Part shown: in pieces, positions 17,041-25,697 of the stretch
How positions within the stretch are numbered: the first letter of the stretch is position 1
Layout: each line of letters begins with the position of its first letter
DNA from: a virus
DNA length: 64,000 bases
IMG/VR virus record: IMGVR_UViG_3300025617_000001
Coordinates: 2,249 to 66,248 of that record
Reading direction: 5' to 3' (one strand)
Translations under genes and position numbers: made by a program
The notes under the pieces: model-generated
Databases searched by the model: none
The model's input: only the letters and a program-made list of their open reading frames with translations
What the model was told of the DNA's origin: nothing

Positions 17041-18756
17041 ATGCACGTTAACGACGTAGAGATCAATGGCTTCTTAATTGACGAGTTCAACCAACACGGA
17101 CTAGAGGTTGGCAAAACGCAAGGTATCTGCCCCTTGTGTAGTCATGAAAGAAAACCCGAAAATAAAAAGAGCAAATGCGCTAGTTATGATTGGGAACGGG
17201 GTCTCGGGACATGTCACAACTGTCATCAAACATTTCAGCTACATACTTATCATAGGAATGGCTCTACTGAAAAAGAGTACGTAATTCCAGATGTAGAACC
17301 TGTTTTAATCCAAAACCCTAAAGTAGTGGCTTGGTTTGATAGCAGAGGTATTTCAGCTCAAACCCTCAAAGATATTGGTATCGGCGAGGGTTTAGAGTTT
17401 ATGCCCCAGACCGGTAAACAAGAAAATACTATTCAGTTTAATTACTATATCGGAGGTAACTTAGTTAATATTAAGTATCGAGACGGTAGAAAAAACTTTA
17501 AGCTTTATAAAGGCGCTGAAAAAGTATTTTACAATATTGACGCAACGGTTGGTTACGACACTATTGTTATAGTTGAAGGTGAGATGGACGTGTTATCGTT
17601 CCATGAAGCCGGAATTAAAAACGTTATCAGTGTACCCAACGGTGCAACTTTAAACAATAACAACTTAGATTATCTTGATAACTGTATTGATTATTTTTCT
17701 GATAAAGAAAGAGTTATCATTGCAGTTGATAATGACGAGGCTGGTCAAGCATTACAACAAGAGTTAGTTAGACGCCTTGGCGCAGAACTATGCTATACAC
17801 TCAGTTTCGACGACGTCAAAGATGCTAACGATTATTTACAAAAGTATGGAAAACAAAAACTGGCGCAGCATATTGCCCAAGCAAAACCAGTCCCTCTCGA
17901 AAACGTATCAACATATAAGGACATCGAACATGAAGTCCTTGATTTTGTCCATAACGGTTTTAAACCAGGCTTTCAAGTCGGTCTTAAAAACTTTGATGAT
18001 ATATTTTCTACTTACACTGGTCAATTTATTACTGTTACTGGTATTCCTAGTTCCGGTAAGAGTGATTTTGTCGATCAAATGGTTGTCGGCTATAACAAGA
18101 ATTATGGGTGGAAAACAGCGTATGCTTCTCCAGAAAATGCACCAACTTACTTACACGCACACAAACTTATTAGAAAAGTGTGGGAAGGTATGCCAACAAA
18201 GGCTGATGTAGGTACAGACAAATGGAATACAGTGACTCAGCATGTTAATGACAACTTCTTTTTCATTGATATGGATCGTTACTCTCTTGAGTCTGTCTTA
18301 CGCAAAGGTGCTGAGCTTGTAAAACGTAAAGGTATAAAGTGTTTAGTTATTGACCCTTTTAATAAAGTAAGAGATGTTGATGCTAAAACTGAAGACGTTA
18401 ACCGTTATACAATGGAGTATTTAACTAAGATCGAAAGCTTTTGTAAGAAGTATGATGTATTAGTTATTATTGTAGCACATCCTACTAAAATGTATAAAAA
18501 CAGTGATGGTCAAATTGAAGAACCAACAATGTATAATATTAAAGGCGGTGGCGAATGGTACGATGCATCATATCATGGTATTCTGGTACATAGAAATTAT
18601 GAGGAGAAAACGGTTAAGGCAAAAATACTTAAGGTTAAATTCCAAAACTTAGGTGAAAACGGTGCTGAAGCTCATTTCAAATGGGAACCAAAGTCAGGTT
18701 GTTTTATACCTCATGAACGAATAGAAATTAATAACGAACCAATGCCTTGGGAATAA
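17041..18756 (+). CDS. Primase-helicase (T7 gp4/Twinkle-like)
   Basis: Zn finger CPLC...CHNC; TOPRIM VEGEMD, DNDEAG, KDANDYL; Walker A GIPSSGKS; Walker B LVIDP; VAHPTK. Confidence 0.93.
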   Translation: MHVNDVEINGFLIDEFNQHGLEVGKTQGICPLCSHERKPENKKSKCASYDWERGLGTCHNCHQTFQLHTYHRNGSTEKEYVIPDVEPVLIQNPKVVAWFDSRGISAQTLKDIGIGEGLEFMPQTGKQENTIQFNYYIGGNLVNIKYRDGRKNFKLYKGAEKVFYNIDATVGYDTIVIVEGEMDVLSFHEAGIKNVISVPNGATLNNNNLDYLDNCIDYFSDKERVIIAVDNDEAGQALQQELVRRLGAELCYTLSFDDVKDANDYLQKYGKQKLAQHIAQAKPVPLENVSTYKDIEHEVLDFVHNGFKPGFQVGLKNFDDIFSTYTGQFITVTGIPSSGKSDFVDQMVVGYNKNYGWKTAYASPENAPTYLHAHKLIRKVWEGMPTKADVGTDKWNTVTQHVNDNFFFIDMDRYSLESVLRKGAELVKRKGIKCLVIDPFNKVRDVDAKTEDVNRYTMEYLTKIESFCKKYDVLVIIVAHPTKMYKNSDGQIEEPTMYNIKGGGEWYDASYHGILVHRNYEEKTVKAKILKVKFQNLGENGAEAHFKWEPKSGCFIPHERIEINNEPMPWE

Positions 18757-18759
18757 AGT

Positions 18760-19041
18760 ATGGCAAAAAGACACTGGACATCAGAGTCATTAATGGCTCC
18801 AGACTACGGTTACTACGATTGGACTTACGAAGATCGTTTGGCTTACGTCTGGTGCGTTCAGAACAAGATTATAGTTTATCCAGATCATGAGCCTCACGCA
18901 GGTCCTTGGAAAATAAATATTAAACTTGATAAGAAAGTAAATAAATCACCACAGGCGTATGGGCCTGATGAAATATTAGAGAAAATTTTTGAATTTTATA
19001 GATACTATGCAAACAAATATCGACCTAAGGACGAGCTTTAG
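18760..19041 (+). CDS. Hypothetical protein
   Basis: 93 aa in operon. Confidence 0.65.
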   Translation: MAKRHWTSESLMAPDYGYYDWTYEDRLAYVWCVQNKIIVYPDHEPHAGPWKINIKLDKKVNKSPQAYGPDEILEKIFEFYRYYANKYRPKDEL

Positions 19042-19666
19042 TAATGCCACTGAGGCGTTCGAGTATTGGTTAGAAATTATTAGGCATTCAGGTGTTGAGT
19101 TTCAGAACACCAAAGCATTATTTAACATTGGCTTTTGGCTTGAAAACCCGCTAGACAACATTGTAATACATCGCGAAAGACCTTGGAACCACAAATACGC
19201 TGAAGCTGAATGGGAGTGGTATATGTCAGGTGACAATAGGCTTTCTACTCTTGGTGATATCTATGGTAAAATACCTCAGATATGGCAGAAAATGGGTAAC
19301 AAATACGGACGCGTAAACTCTAACTATGGTTGGCAATGGAACCGTAATAACCAATTAGATTATGTTATTGATCTACTAGAGCGTGATCCGAGCACTAGAC
19401 AAGCTGCAATTAGTATTTACGATGGTAAAGAAAACTTAGATTATGCTTACGACACGCCTTGCACTTATGCAGTTCAGTTTTACATAACCAACAACAAGCT
19501 AAACATGTCTGTTATGATGCGTTCTAATGATCTCTGGTACGGTTTTGCGATCGATCAGTATTGTTTTTCAAGACTACAACAGATGGTTGCCCAGAGACTG
19601 TCTATTGACGTCGGCCAATATTACCACTTTGCAAATAATTTACACGTTTATGATGACAGACTCTGA
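19007..19666 (+). CDS. Thymidylate synthase-family enzyme, probably dCMP hydroxymethylase/methylase
   Basis: Catalytic PCT; RSNDLWYGFAID with Asp at the E. coli ThyA Asn177 position; NLHVY; likely start ATG 19007. Confidence 0.75.
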   Translation: MQTNIDLRTSFSNATEAFEYWLEIIRHSGVEFQNTKALFNIGFWLENPLDNIVIHRERPWNHKYAEAEWEWYMSGDNRLSTLGDIYGKIPQIWQKMGNKYGRVNSNYGWQWNRNNQLDYVIDLLERDPSTRQAAISIYDGKENLDYAYDTPCTYAVQFYITNNKLNMSVMMRSNDLWYGFAIDQYCFSRLQQMVAQRLSIDVGQYYHFANNLHVYDDRL

Positions 19667-20489
19667 AAAAATTTATTATATTTACCATATACCAGGCCAA
19701 AAGGTCGGTGTAACAGTTGATCCTCGAATAAGAGTAGAGAAGCAACAAGGTTATAAGCCTAACCAGTACGAAATACTAATGACGACTGATGATATTGATG
19801 AGGTATCAAAAATGGAAATTGAGTTTCAAAGACGTTATGGCTACAAAGTAGATCGTAAACTCTATAAAAATTTAAATAATAAATCAATGAAAGTAAATTC
19901 TACAGAACAAACAAGTACTTTTCCAGTGTCAGTAGATGATATTGGCGAATTTGTTCATGAAAACACAGGTTTAACTTGGACGACACATTTAGGTCAGTTT
20001 GAAATAACTGAAGAAAGTGGTCGTTGGATAAAACAAAACGTATTTAAATCTCAATACACTAATGATCGTTGCTATATCTACAATAAAGCTTATTATGAAG
20101 CCTTTATTCAAGGTACAGATATGGATCAGTTCAATGATGAACTCAATTTAATCGGTGGTCTTACAATGCCTAACAAGCCTATTGGTCCATCAATGCGTGA
20201 TATTTTTCCGTTAATTAGAGACTGGGCTGATAAACGTGGTTTATATACTAAAGGAGATGAAAGAACACAGTACATTAAACTTATGGAGGAAGCTGGAGAG
20301 CTTGCGCAGGGTCTACTTAAACAAAACAAAGAAGAAGTCGTTGATGCTATTGGCGATATGGTTGTTGTTCTTACTAACCTGTCGCACTTTGTTGGTGTTG
20401 ATATTGAAGACTGTATTGTATCTGCCTATAATGAAATAAAAGATCGTAAAGGTAAAATGTCTAACGGAACATTTGTAAAACAGTTATGA
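19650..20489 (+). CDS. GIY-YIG-like N-terminus fused to MazG-like NTP pyrophosphohydrolase
   Basis: YYIYHI...KVGVT.D...R; C-terminal KLMEEAGELA...DAIGD...AYNEIKDRKG; likely start 19650/19653. Confidence 0.75.
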   Translation: MMTDSEKIYYIYHIPGQKVGVTVDPRIRVEKQQGYKPNQYEILMTTDDIDEVSKMEIEFQRRYGYKVDRKLYKNLNNKSMKVNSTEQTSTFPVSVDDIGEFVHENTGLTWTTHLGQFEITEESGRWIKQNVFKSQYTNDRCYIYNKAYYEAFIQGTDMDQFNDELNLIGGLTMPNKPIGPSMRDIFPLIRDWADKRGLYTKGDERTQYIKLMEEAGELAQGLLKQNKEEVVDAIGDMVVVLTNLSHFVGVDIEDCIVSAYNEIKDRKGKMSNGTFVKQL

Positions 20490-20830
20490 ATAAAAAAGAG
20501 ATAACATTTAGAGATCCAGTTGTAGAACGCGTTGTTGATAAGTTTGTTAGTCGTTCAGATGTTGGTTTTGAAAAGTACGGCCAAACACTAGATAAAGAAC
20601 GTAAGACAAAACAAAAAGACTTACTTGGTTATCTTAATGATATTCAAGAAGAATTAATGGACGCGATCTTATATATTCAGGCTGCACGTGAAGAGCTAGT
20701 TGATCTTTCTGAAGAAGCTTTAATAAAACGAATGGATGTCATCGGACAAAACGGAAATGATGGTTTACATTATCAAGCCGAGCATGATGGCTATATGCTA
20801 GACAACGATCAAATATGGGAAGAAAAATAA
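20486..20830 (+). CDS. All-alpha NTP pyrophosphatase-like protein
   Basis: RSDVGFEKYG.TL...LNDIQEELMDAILY. Confidence 0.55.
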   Translation: MNKKEITFRDPVVERVVDKFVSRSDVGFEKYGQTLDKERKTKQKDLLGYLNDIQEELMDAILYIQAAREELVDLSEEALIKRMDVIGQNGNDGLHYQAEHDGYMLDNDQIWEEK

Positions 20831-21267
20831 CACGAAGAAAAAAAGGTCCTGTACAGGCTAAAAAAATCAAATATGATGGGATTAATTTTGCCTCGGGCCT
20901 TGAAAGACACATGTATATGGCTTTACAAAAAGCTAAAATAAAAGCAGAATATGAAGGTAAAACTTATACGCTACTTGATGGCTTTGATTTCACGTCCGAG
21001 TGCTACGAAAGACAATCGAACGGTAAAGGAGACTTTACAAACCGTGGCAATAAACGTATTCTTCCTATTCGTTATACTCCTGATTTTATTGCCGATGATT
21101 TTATTATCGAGTGTAAAGGCCGTGCTAATGAATCTTTTCCAATGCGTTGGAAGCTTTTTAAAAAACACGTACAGGAGAATATGCCTAATGTTACATTATA
21201 CAAACCACAAAACCAAAACGAATGCGACCAAGTAATTCAACACATCCTGGCAAAGAGAAACAAATAG
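20815..21267 (+). CDS. Endonuclease I/Holliday junction resolvase-like (T7 gp3-like)
   Basis: FASGLE; YEG; YTPDFI...IIECKG. Confidence 0.8.
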   Translation: MGRKITRRKKGPVQAKKIKYDGINFASGLERHMYMALQKAKIKAEYEGKTYTLLDGFDFTSECYERQSNGKGDFTNRGNKRILPIRYTPDFIADDFIIECKGRANESFPMRWKLFKKHVQENMPNVTLYKPQNQNECDQVIQHILAKRNK

Positions 21268-21525
21268 CCAGAAGACGTTATGCGGGTCGTCAGATCGATA
21301 AATTTATTAAATGGAGTATTTCACAACGTGGATACGTGAAGTACTCTGATATTGTTGAACTCCACGAAAAATATAACATCTATGTCTACTAGTAAAAATT
21401 GGGAAATTAGCCTTGGATTTTACCCAGGTGTACTATTCGGATCACGAATGTACGAAGCAGAAGAATTTACAACATACGTTCTGTATGTACCTTTTATTGA
21501 TATCGCTATAATTGTAGAAAATTAA
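21222..21525 (+). CDS. Two small ORFs (21222-21392, 21382-21525; not in track)
   Basis: MRPSNSTHPGKEKQ... (56 aa) and MSTSKNWEISLGFYPGVLFG... (47 aa) fill the gap before nrdB. Confidence 0.55.
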
Positions 21526-21526
21526 T

Positions 21527-22495
21527 ATGGGTTTATTTGATGAGCGCATAGCGTACAAACCATTTGAGTACCCTGACTATTATACTGAAGGGTGGCTTAA
21601 GCAAGCGCAGGCATTTTGGTTACATACCGAAATACCTATGTCAGGTGATGTTAAAGACTGGAACGAACGTCTTACACCTGCAGAAAAAAACTTGGTCGGA
21701 AATATCTTACTTGGATTTGCACAAACTGAGTGTGCGGTTTCTGACTATTGGACTCAGAACGTTGTCTCGTGGTTTCCAAAACATGAAATACAACAAATGG
21801 CTATGATGTTTGGTTCACAAGAAACAATTCATGCTGTAGCTTACTCTTATTTAAATGAAACACTTGGACTTGATGATTTCGAAGCTTTTTTACATGATGA
21901 AGCAACAATGGCTCGTTTTGACAATTTGGTTGCTTGTGACGATAATGATCGTACCGGCATTGGCCGAAGCCTTGCTATCTTTAGTGCTTTTGCAGAGGGC
22001 GTTTCCTTATATAGCGCTTTCGCTGTTTTATATAGTTTTCAGCTACGTAATCTTCTTAAAGGTATTGGACAACAAATGAAATGGAGTGTAAGAGATGAAA
22101 GCTTGCACAGTAAAATGGGTTGCCAACTGTTCAGACACATGTGTGAAGAAGATGTGAGACTTTTAGAACATTGTCGAGAAGATATTATTTCAGCTGCTGA
22201 AGCTATGCACGATGCAGAAATGAATTACATTGACAAGATGTTTGAGATGGGTGACATTGAAAACTTAAAGTCTTATGATCTTAAACAGTTTATTAAAAAG
22301 AGATTAAATGAAAAACTCGGAGAACTTGGGTATGTTGATCTTACTAATCATTTTGATTTTGACTCAGATGCTGCAAATAATCTTGATTGGTTCTACCACT
22401 TAACTGGTGGTGTAACTCATACAGACTTTTTTGCTATTAGACCAACAGACTATTCTAAAGCTAATGAAGGTGAGGACTTCGATGATATTTGGTAG
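21527..22495 (+). CDS. nrdB: Ribonucleotide reductase class I beta subunit
   Basis: FW..TEI; ETIHAVAY; EGVSLYSAF; RDESLH; DFF..RPTDY. Confidence 0.96.
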   Translation: MGLFDERIAYKPFEYPDYYTEGWLKQAQAFWLHTEIPMSGDVKDWNERLTPAEKNLVGNILLGFAQTECAVSDYWTQNVVSWFPKHEIQQMAMMFGSQETIHAVAYSYLNETLGLDDFEAFLHDEATMARFDNLVACDDNDRTGIGRSLAIFSAFAEGVSLYSAFAVLYSFQLRNLLKGIGQQMKWSVRDESLHSKMGCQLFRHMCEEDVRLLEHCREDIISAAEAMHDAEMNYIDKMFEMGDIENLKSYDLKQFIKKRLNEKLGELGYVDLTNHFDFDSDAANNLDWFYHLTGGVTHTDFFAIRPTDYSKANEGEDFDDIW

Positions 22496-22497
22496 TT

Positions 22498-24267
22498 ATG
22501 TGGAAAGATGAATGGAAAAAAGGTGTAGACTATCCTACGTGGGGAGACACTGATGTCTACAAGAAAACAATTACAGGAGGGTACTTATTACCTTGGGAAA
22601 CTCCGAAAGATGCGTATATGCGAGTTGCGTCAACTGTTGCTAAGAGGTTGTACAAGCCGGAACTAACTGAAGTGTTTTTCGACTATATATGGAAGGGCTG
22701 GTTAAACTTAGCATCGCCAGTCCTTTCAAATACAGGTACCGATCGTGGTTTACCTATATCATGCTTCGGTATCGATGTAGGTGATAGTATTCACGATATT
22801 GGTTCTAAAAACTTAGAAATGATGTTGCTAGCGAAACACGGCGGGGGCGTTGGCATCGGAATTAACATGATTCGTCCTGCCGGAGCTAAAATTACAAACA
22901 ATGGAACATCTGACGGCGTGGTTCCGTTTTGCAAGATTTACGATTCAACTATACTTGCCACGAATCAAGGATCTGTCAGACGAGGAGCTGCATCAGTTAA
23001 TATCAATATTGATCACCCCGATTTCTTGGAGTGGCTTGAGATTAGAGAGCCCAAGGGTGACGTTAATCGACAGTCGCTTAATCTCCATCAGTGCGCTGTC
23101 GTCGGTGATAAGTTTATGCGAAGACTTGAGTCAGGAGATAAAGACGCTAGGACGCGATGGTCAAAGCTTCTCCAAAAACGTAAAGCAACTGGAGAACCTT
23201 ATATTCTTTTTAAGGGAAATACAAACAAGAACAACCCAAGAGCTTACAAAGACAACGGACTTAAAGTTCACATGACAAACATCTGTTCTGAGATTACATT
23301 ACATACTGACGAGAGTCATAGTTTTGTTTGTTGTCTTAGTTCAGTTAATATAGCTAAGTATGATGAATGGAAAGATACTAACCTCATATACCACAGTACT
23401 TGGTTCCTTGATGGCGTTCTTGAGGAGTTTATTCAAAAAGCAAAAGGGCTTAAAGGTTTTGATAATAGTGTGCGCAGTGCGGAAAAAGGACGGGCACTGG
23501 GACTTGGAGTTCTGGGATGGCACACTTATTTACAGCAAAAAGGTATTCCTTTTGAAGGTATGCAGGCGCAGTTCGAAACCAGAAGAATATTCAGTCAAAT
23601 TAAGATTGAGTCCGAGAGAGCTTCTAGGGACCTTGCAGAGGTGTATGGTGAACCACTATGGTGTAAAGATACCGGATTTAGAAATACACATCTTCGAGCG
23701 ATTGCACCCACAGTTTCTAATTCTAAACTGTCAGGCAATGTATCACCAGGCATTGAACCTTGGGCTGCTAACGTATTTACGGAACAGTCTGCAAAGGGCA
23801 CTTTTATCCGCAAGAATAAAGAGCTTGAGAAGGTACTTAAGAAATCTGGAATTAATAATTCTGAAACATGGAACAAAATCCTAGAGGACAAAGGCTCTAT
23901 ACAAGACATAGAGGAGCTGAATGACTGGGGTTACATACAAGGCAAGTTATGTAAGCTCAGTGAGTCTGAAGAGGATATTGCCAAATACGGTTTTGATACA
24001 GTTAAAGATGTATTTAAAACGTTCAAAGAGATTAATCAACTAGAACTGGTAAATCAAGCTGGTATAAGACAGCAATATGTTGATCAGTCAGTATCTTTGA
24101 ATTTGGCCTTCCCGTCTGTAGCGACGCCTAAATGGATAAACCAGGTTCATTTGGAAGCATGGAAAAAGGGTATTAAAACCCTCTATTACATGAGAACAGA
24201 ATCAGTCTTGCGAGGAGACATTGCAACTAAAGCTATGGATCCAGACTGTTTATCGTGTGACGGGTAA
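22498..24267 (+). CDS. nrdA: Ribonucleotide reductase class I alpha subunit (short, no ATP cone)
   Basis: SPVLSN; PISCF; GGGVG; TNICSEI; AIAPT; KTLYY; C-terminal CLSCDG; likely start 22498. Confidence 0.96.
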   Translation: MWKDEWKKGVDYPTWGDTDVYKKTITGGYLLPWETPKDAYMRVASTVAKRLYKPELTEVFFDYIWKGWLNLASPVLSNTGTDRGLPISCFGIDVGDSIHDIGSKNLEMMLLAKHGGGVGIGINMIRPAGAKITNNGTSDGVVPFCKIYDSTILATNQGSVRRGAASVNINIDHPDFLEWLEIREPKGDVNRQSLNLHQCAVVGDKFMRRLESGDKDARTRWSKLLQKRKATGEPYILFKGNTNKNNPRAYKDNGLKVHMTNICSEITLHTDESHSFVCCLSSVNIAKYDEWKDTNLIYHSTWFLDGVLEEFIQKAKGLKGFDNSVRSAEKGRALGLGVLGWHTYLQQKGIPFEGMQAQFETRRIFSQIKIESERASRDLAEVYGEPLWCKDTGFRNTHLRAIAPTVSNSKLSGNVSPGIEPWAANVFTEQSAKGTFIRKNKELEKVLKKSGINNSETWNKILEDKGSIQDIEELNDWGYIQGKLCKLSESEEDIAKYGFDTVKDVFKTFKEINQLELVNQAGIRQQYVDQSVSLNLAFPSVATPKWINQVHLEAWKKGIKTLYYMRTESVLRGDIATKAMDPDCLSCDG

Positions 24268-24271
24268 TAAG

Positions 24272-24299
24272 AAAGGGAGCTTTGCGGCTCCCTTTTTTT
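24272..24299. terminator. Bidirectional intrinsic terminator at the convergence of the two transcription arms
   Basis: AAAGGGAGC-tttgcg-GCTCCCTTTTTTT. Confidence 0.85.
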
Positions 24300-24720
24300 A
24301 TTTACTAATAATGTTATTTACTACAAAAGCTAAACCAATAGCTGAACCTATTTTGTAAAGCTTTTTGTTTCTACGTTCTCGTTTCAAAGCTTTTTTAAGT
24401 TCGTCTGAAATGCTTATGTAGTTTTCTATTTGAGCATCTTTTTGCTCTATTGTTTTATTCCTATTGTCTAACTGAGCTTGGATATTATTTATAACATCTT
24501 GTAATGTTAAAACTTTATCTTCAAGTATTGTTATTCTCTGTTTAGTTAGTTTATGTTCCGATGTTAAGCCATCAAAAGTAACTAAGTCTTTTACAACTAA
24601 TCTAGCGGTTGTTTCAGTTAGAAGTATTTTTGTATCGTTCTGAGAAAAACTTTTGAAGCTGACGCTTATTATAACGATCAACAGAATCAAGTTTCTTTTT
24701 AGTTTCATCTTGTATAACAT
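24298..24720 (-). CDS. Spanin-like protein (signal peptide, coiled coil, C-terminal hydrophobic segment)
   Basis: Overlaps upstream gene; last gene of the lysis cassette. Confidence 0.5.
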   Translation of the reverse strand: MLYKMKLKRNLILLIVIISVSFKSFSQNDTKILLTETTARLVVKDLVTFDGLTSEHKLTKQRITILEDKVLTLQDVINNIQAQLDNRNKTIEQKDAQIENYISISDELKKALKRERRNKKLYKIGSAIGLAFVVNNIISK

Positions 24721-24952
24721 CTATTTCATTATTTAATTCTTGTATAGTGTTATCGTAATCAACTAGCTTTTGATTCAACAGAGCTTCTTCTATTTTTAAA
24801 CTATCATTAGCCACCTCTAAAGAGTCTATTGCTCCTTGAAGTAAACTAATTTGATCTTCATACTTCTGTATATCTAGTTTAGGCTTTTCCTTTAACATAA
24901 AGAAAATAACCAGCGTTGTAATACAGAGCAATATAACACTTGCTCTATTCAT
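24614..24952 (-). CDS. Inner-membrane spanin-like (Rz-like) protein
   Basis: N-terminal TM, coiled coil, directly after the endolysin. Confidence 0.6.
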   Translation of the reverse strand: MNRASVILLCITTLVIFFMLKEKPKLDIQKYEDQISLLQGAIDSLEVANDSLKIEEALLNQKLVDYDNTIQELNNEIDVIQDETKKKLDSVDRYNKRQLQKFFSERYKNTSN

Positions 24953-24955
24953 TGT

Positions 24956-25447
24956 TTACGATAATAATCCTTTTTTAAACTCAGCCCAATTAAACGCCGA
25001 ACCTGGATCTGTTTTGCCTTTGCCTTCACCACGTACATGATCACCAGAACAATCTGAATGACGCACTACGTTTTCAGCAGGGATATTATATTCTTTCATC
25101 CACCACTTGCAAACTTCTATTGCTGTGGCCATTTGTTCTTTGGTATACGTGCCTTCAGTGTCAATAGCTTTTGAAAACGTTCCGAAGTCATGCTCGCCTG
25201 GTACAAGTAGTTCAAATCCCAAGTAGTGAGAGTTAAGATTACTAAGCCCGTTCCACTCAGACTTACCTGCGTGTAAAGCTTTTCCAGGTGTTTCCACCAT
25301 TTTTTCATAAGTACCATCAGGGTGAATAAAACCATGTACTGATAAATTTACTGACTTTAAAAAGTCGTGAGCTTTCATTGGACCTTCTGGCATTTTCAAG
25401 TACTCCGCCATTGAGTGTACAATAATTCCTTTTGGTTCGATTGCCAT
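24956..25447 (-). CDS. Endolysin, N-acetylmuramoyl-L-alanine amidase (Amidase_2)
   Basis: IIVHS; SVHGFI; HAG; LGFEL; VVRHSD; KTDPG. Confidence 0.9.
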   Translation of the reverse strand: MAIEPKGIIVHSMAEYLKMPEGPMKAHDFLKSVNLSVHGFIHPDGTYEKMVETPGKALHAGKSEWNGLSNLNSHYLGFELLVPGEHDFGTFSKAIDTEGTYTKEQMATAIEVCKWWMKEYNIPAENVVRHSDCSGDHVRGEGKGKTDPGSAFNWAEFKKGLLS

Positions 25448-25449
25448 AA

Positions 25450-25677
25450 TTAATCTTTTTTACCGAATACTTTTCCAGCTTCTGCAATACCAAACGCGCC
25501 TAAAGTGATAATAACAAATGAGTTATAGATAAACTCTTGTACAACAAGATCTTTACCTACAAAACCTGTTACAATATCTGCTAACGCAAATACCACCATA
25601 ATTGCAAATGATGCGAAACCTACGATTGATTTTTCGTTTAAGTCGTTTTCGTCTTTAAACATGTCTTTAAAAGCCAT
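25450..25677 (-). CDS. Two-TM membrane protein, holin/antiholin candidate
   Basis: 75 aa, two hydrophobic helices, upstream of the endolysin. Confidence 0.6.
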   Translation of the reverse strand: MAFKDMFKDENDLNEKSIVGFASFAIMVVFALADIVTGFVGKDLVVQEFIYNSFVIITLGAFGIAEAGKVFGKKD

Positions 25678-25697
25678 AATGTAGTTTTAGTTGTTAT

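Noticed and set aside
19007-19666. Canonical thyA annotation
   Set aside because: The specificity residue is Asp rather than Asn, and no DHFR gene is nearby
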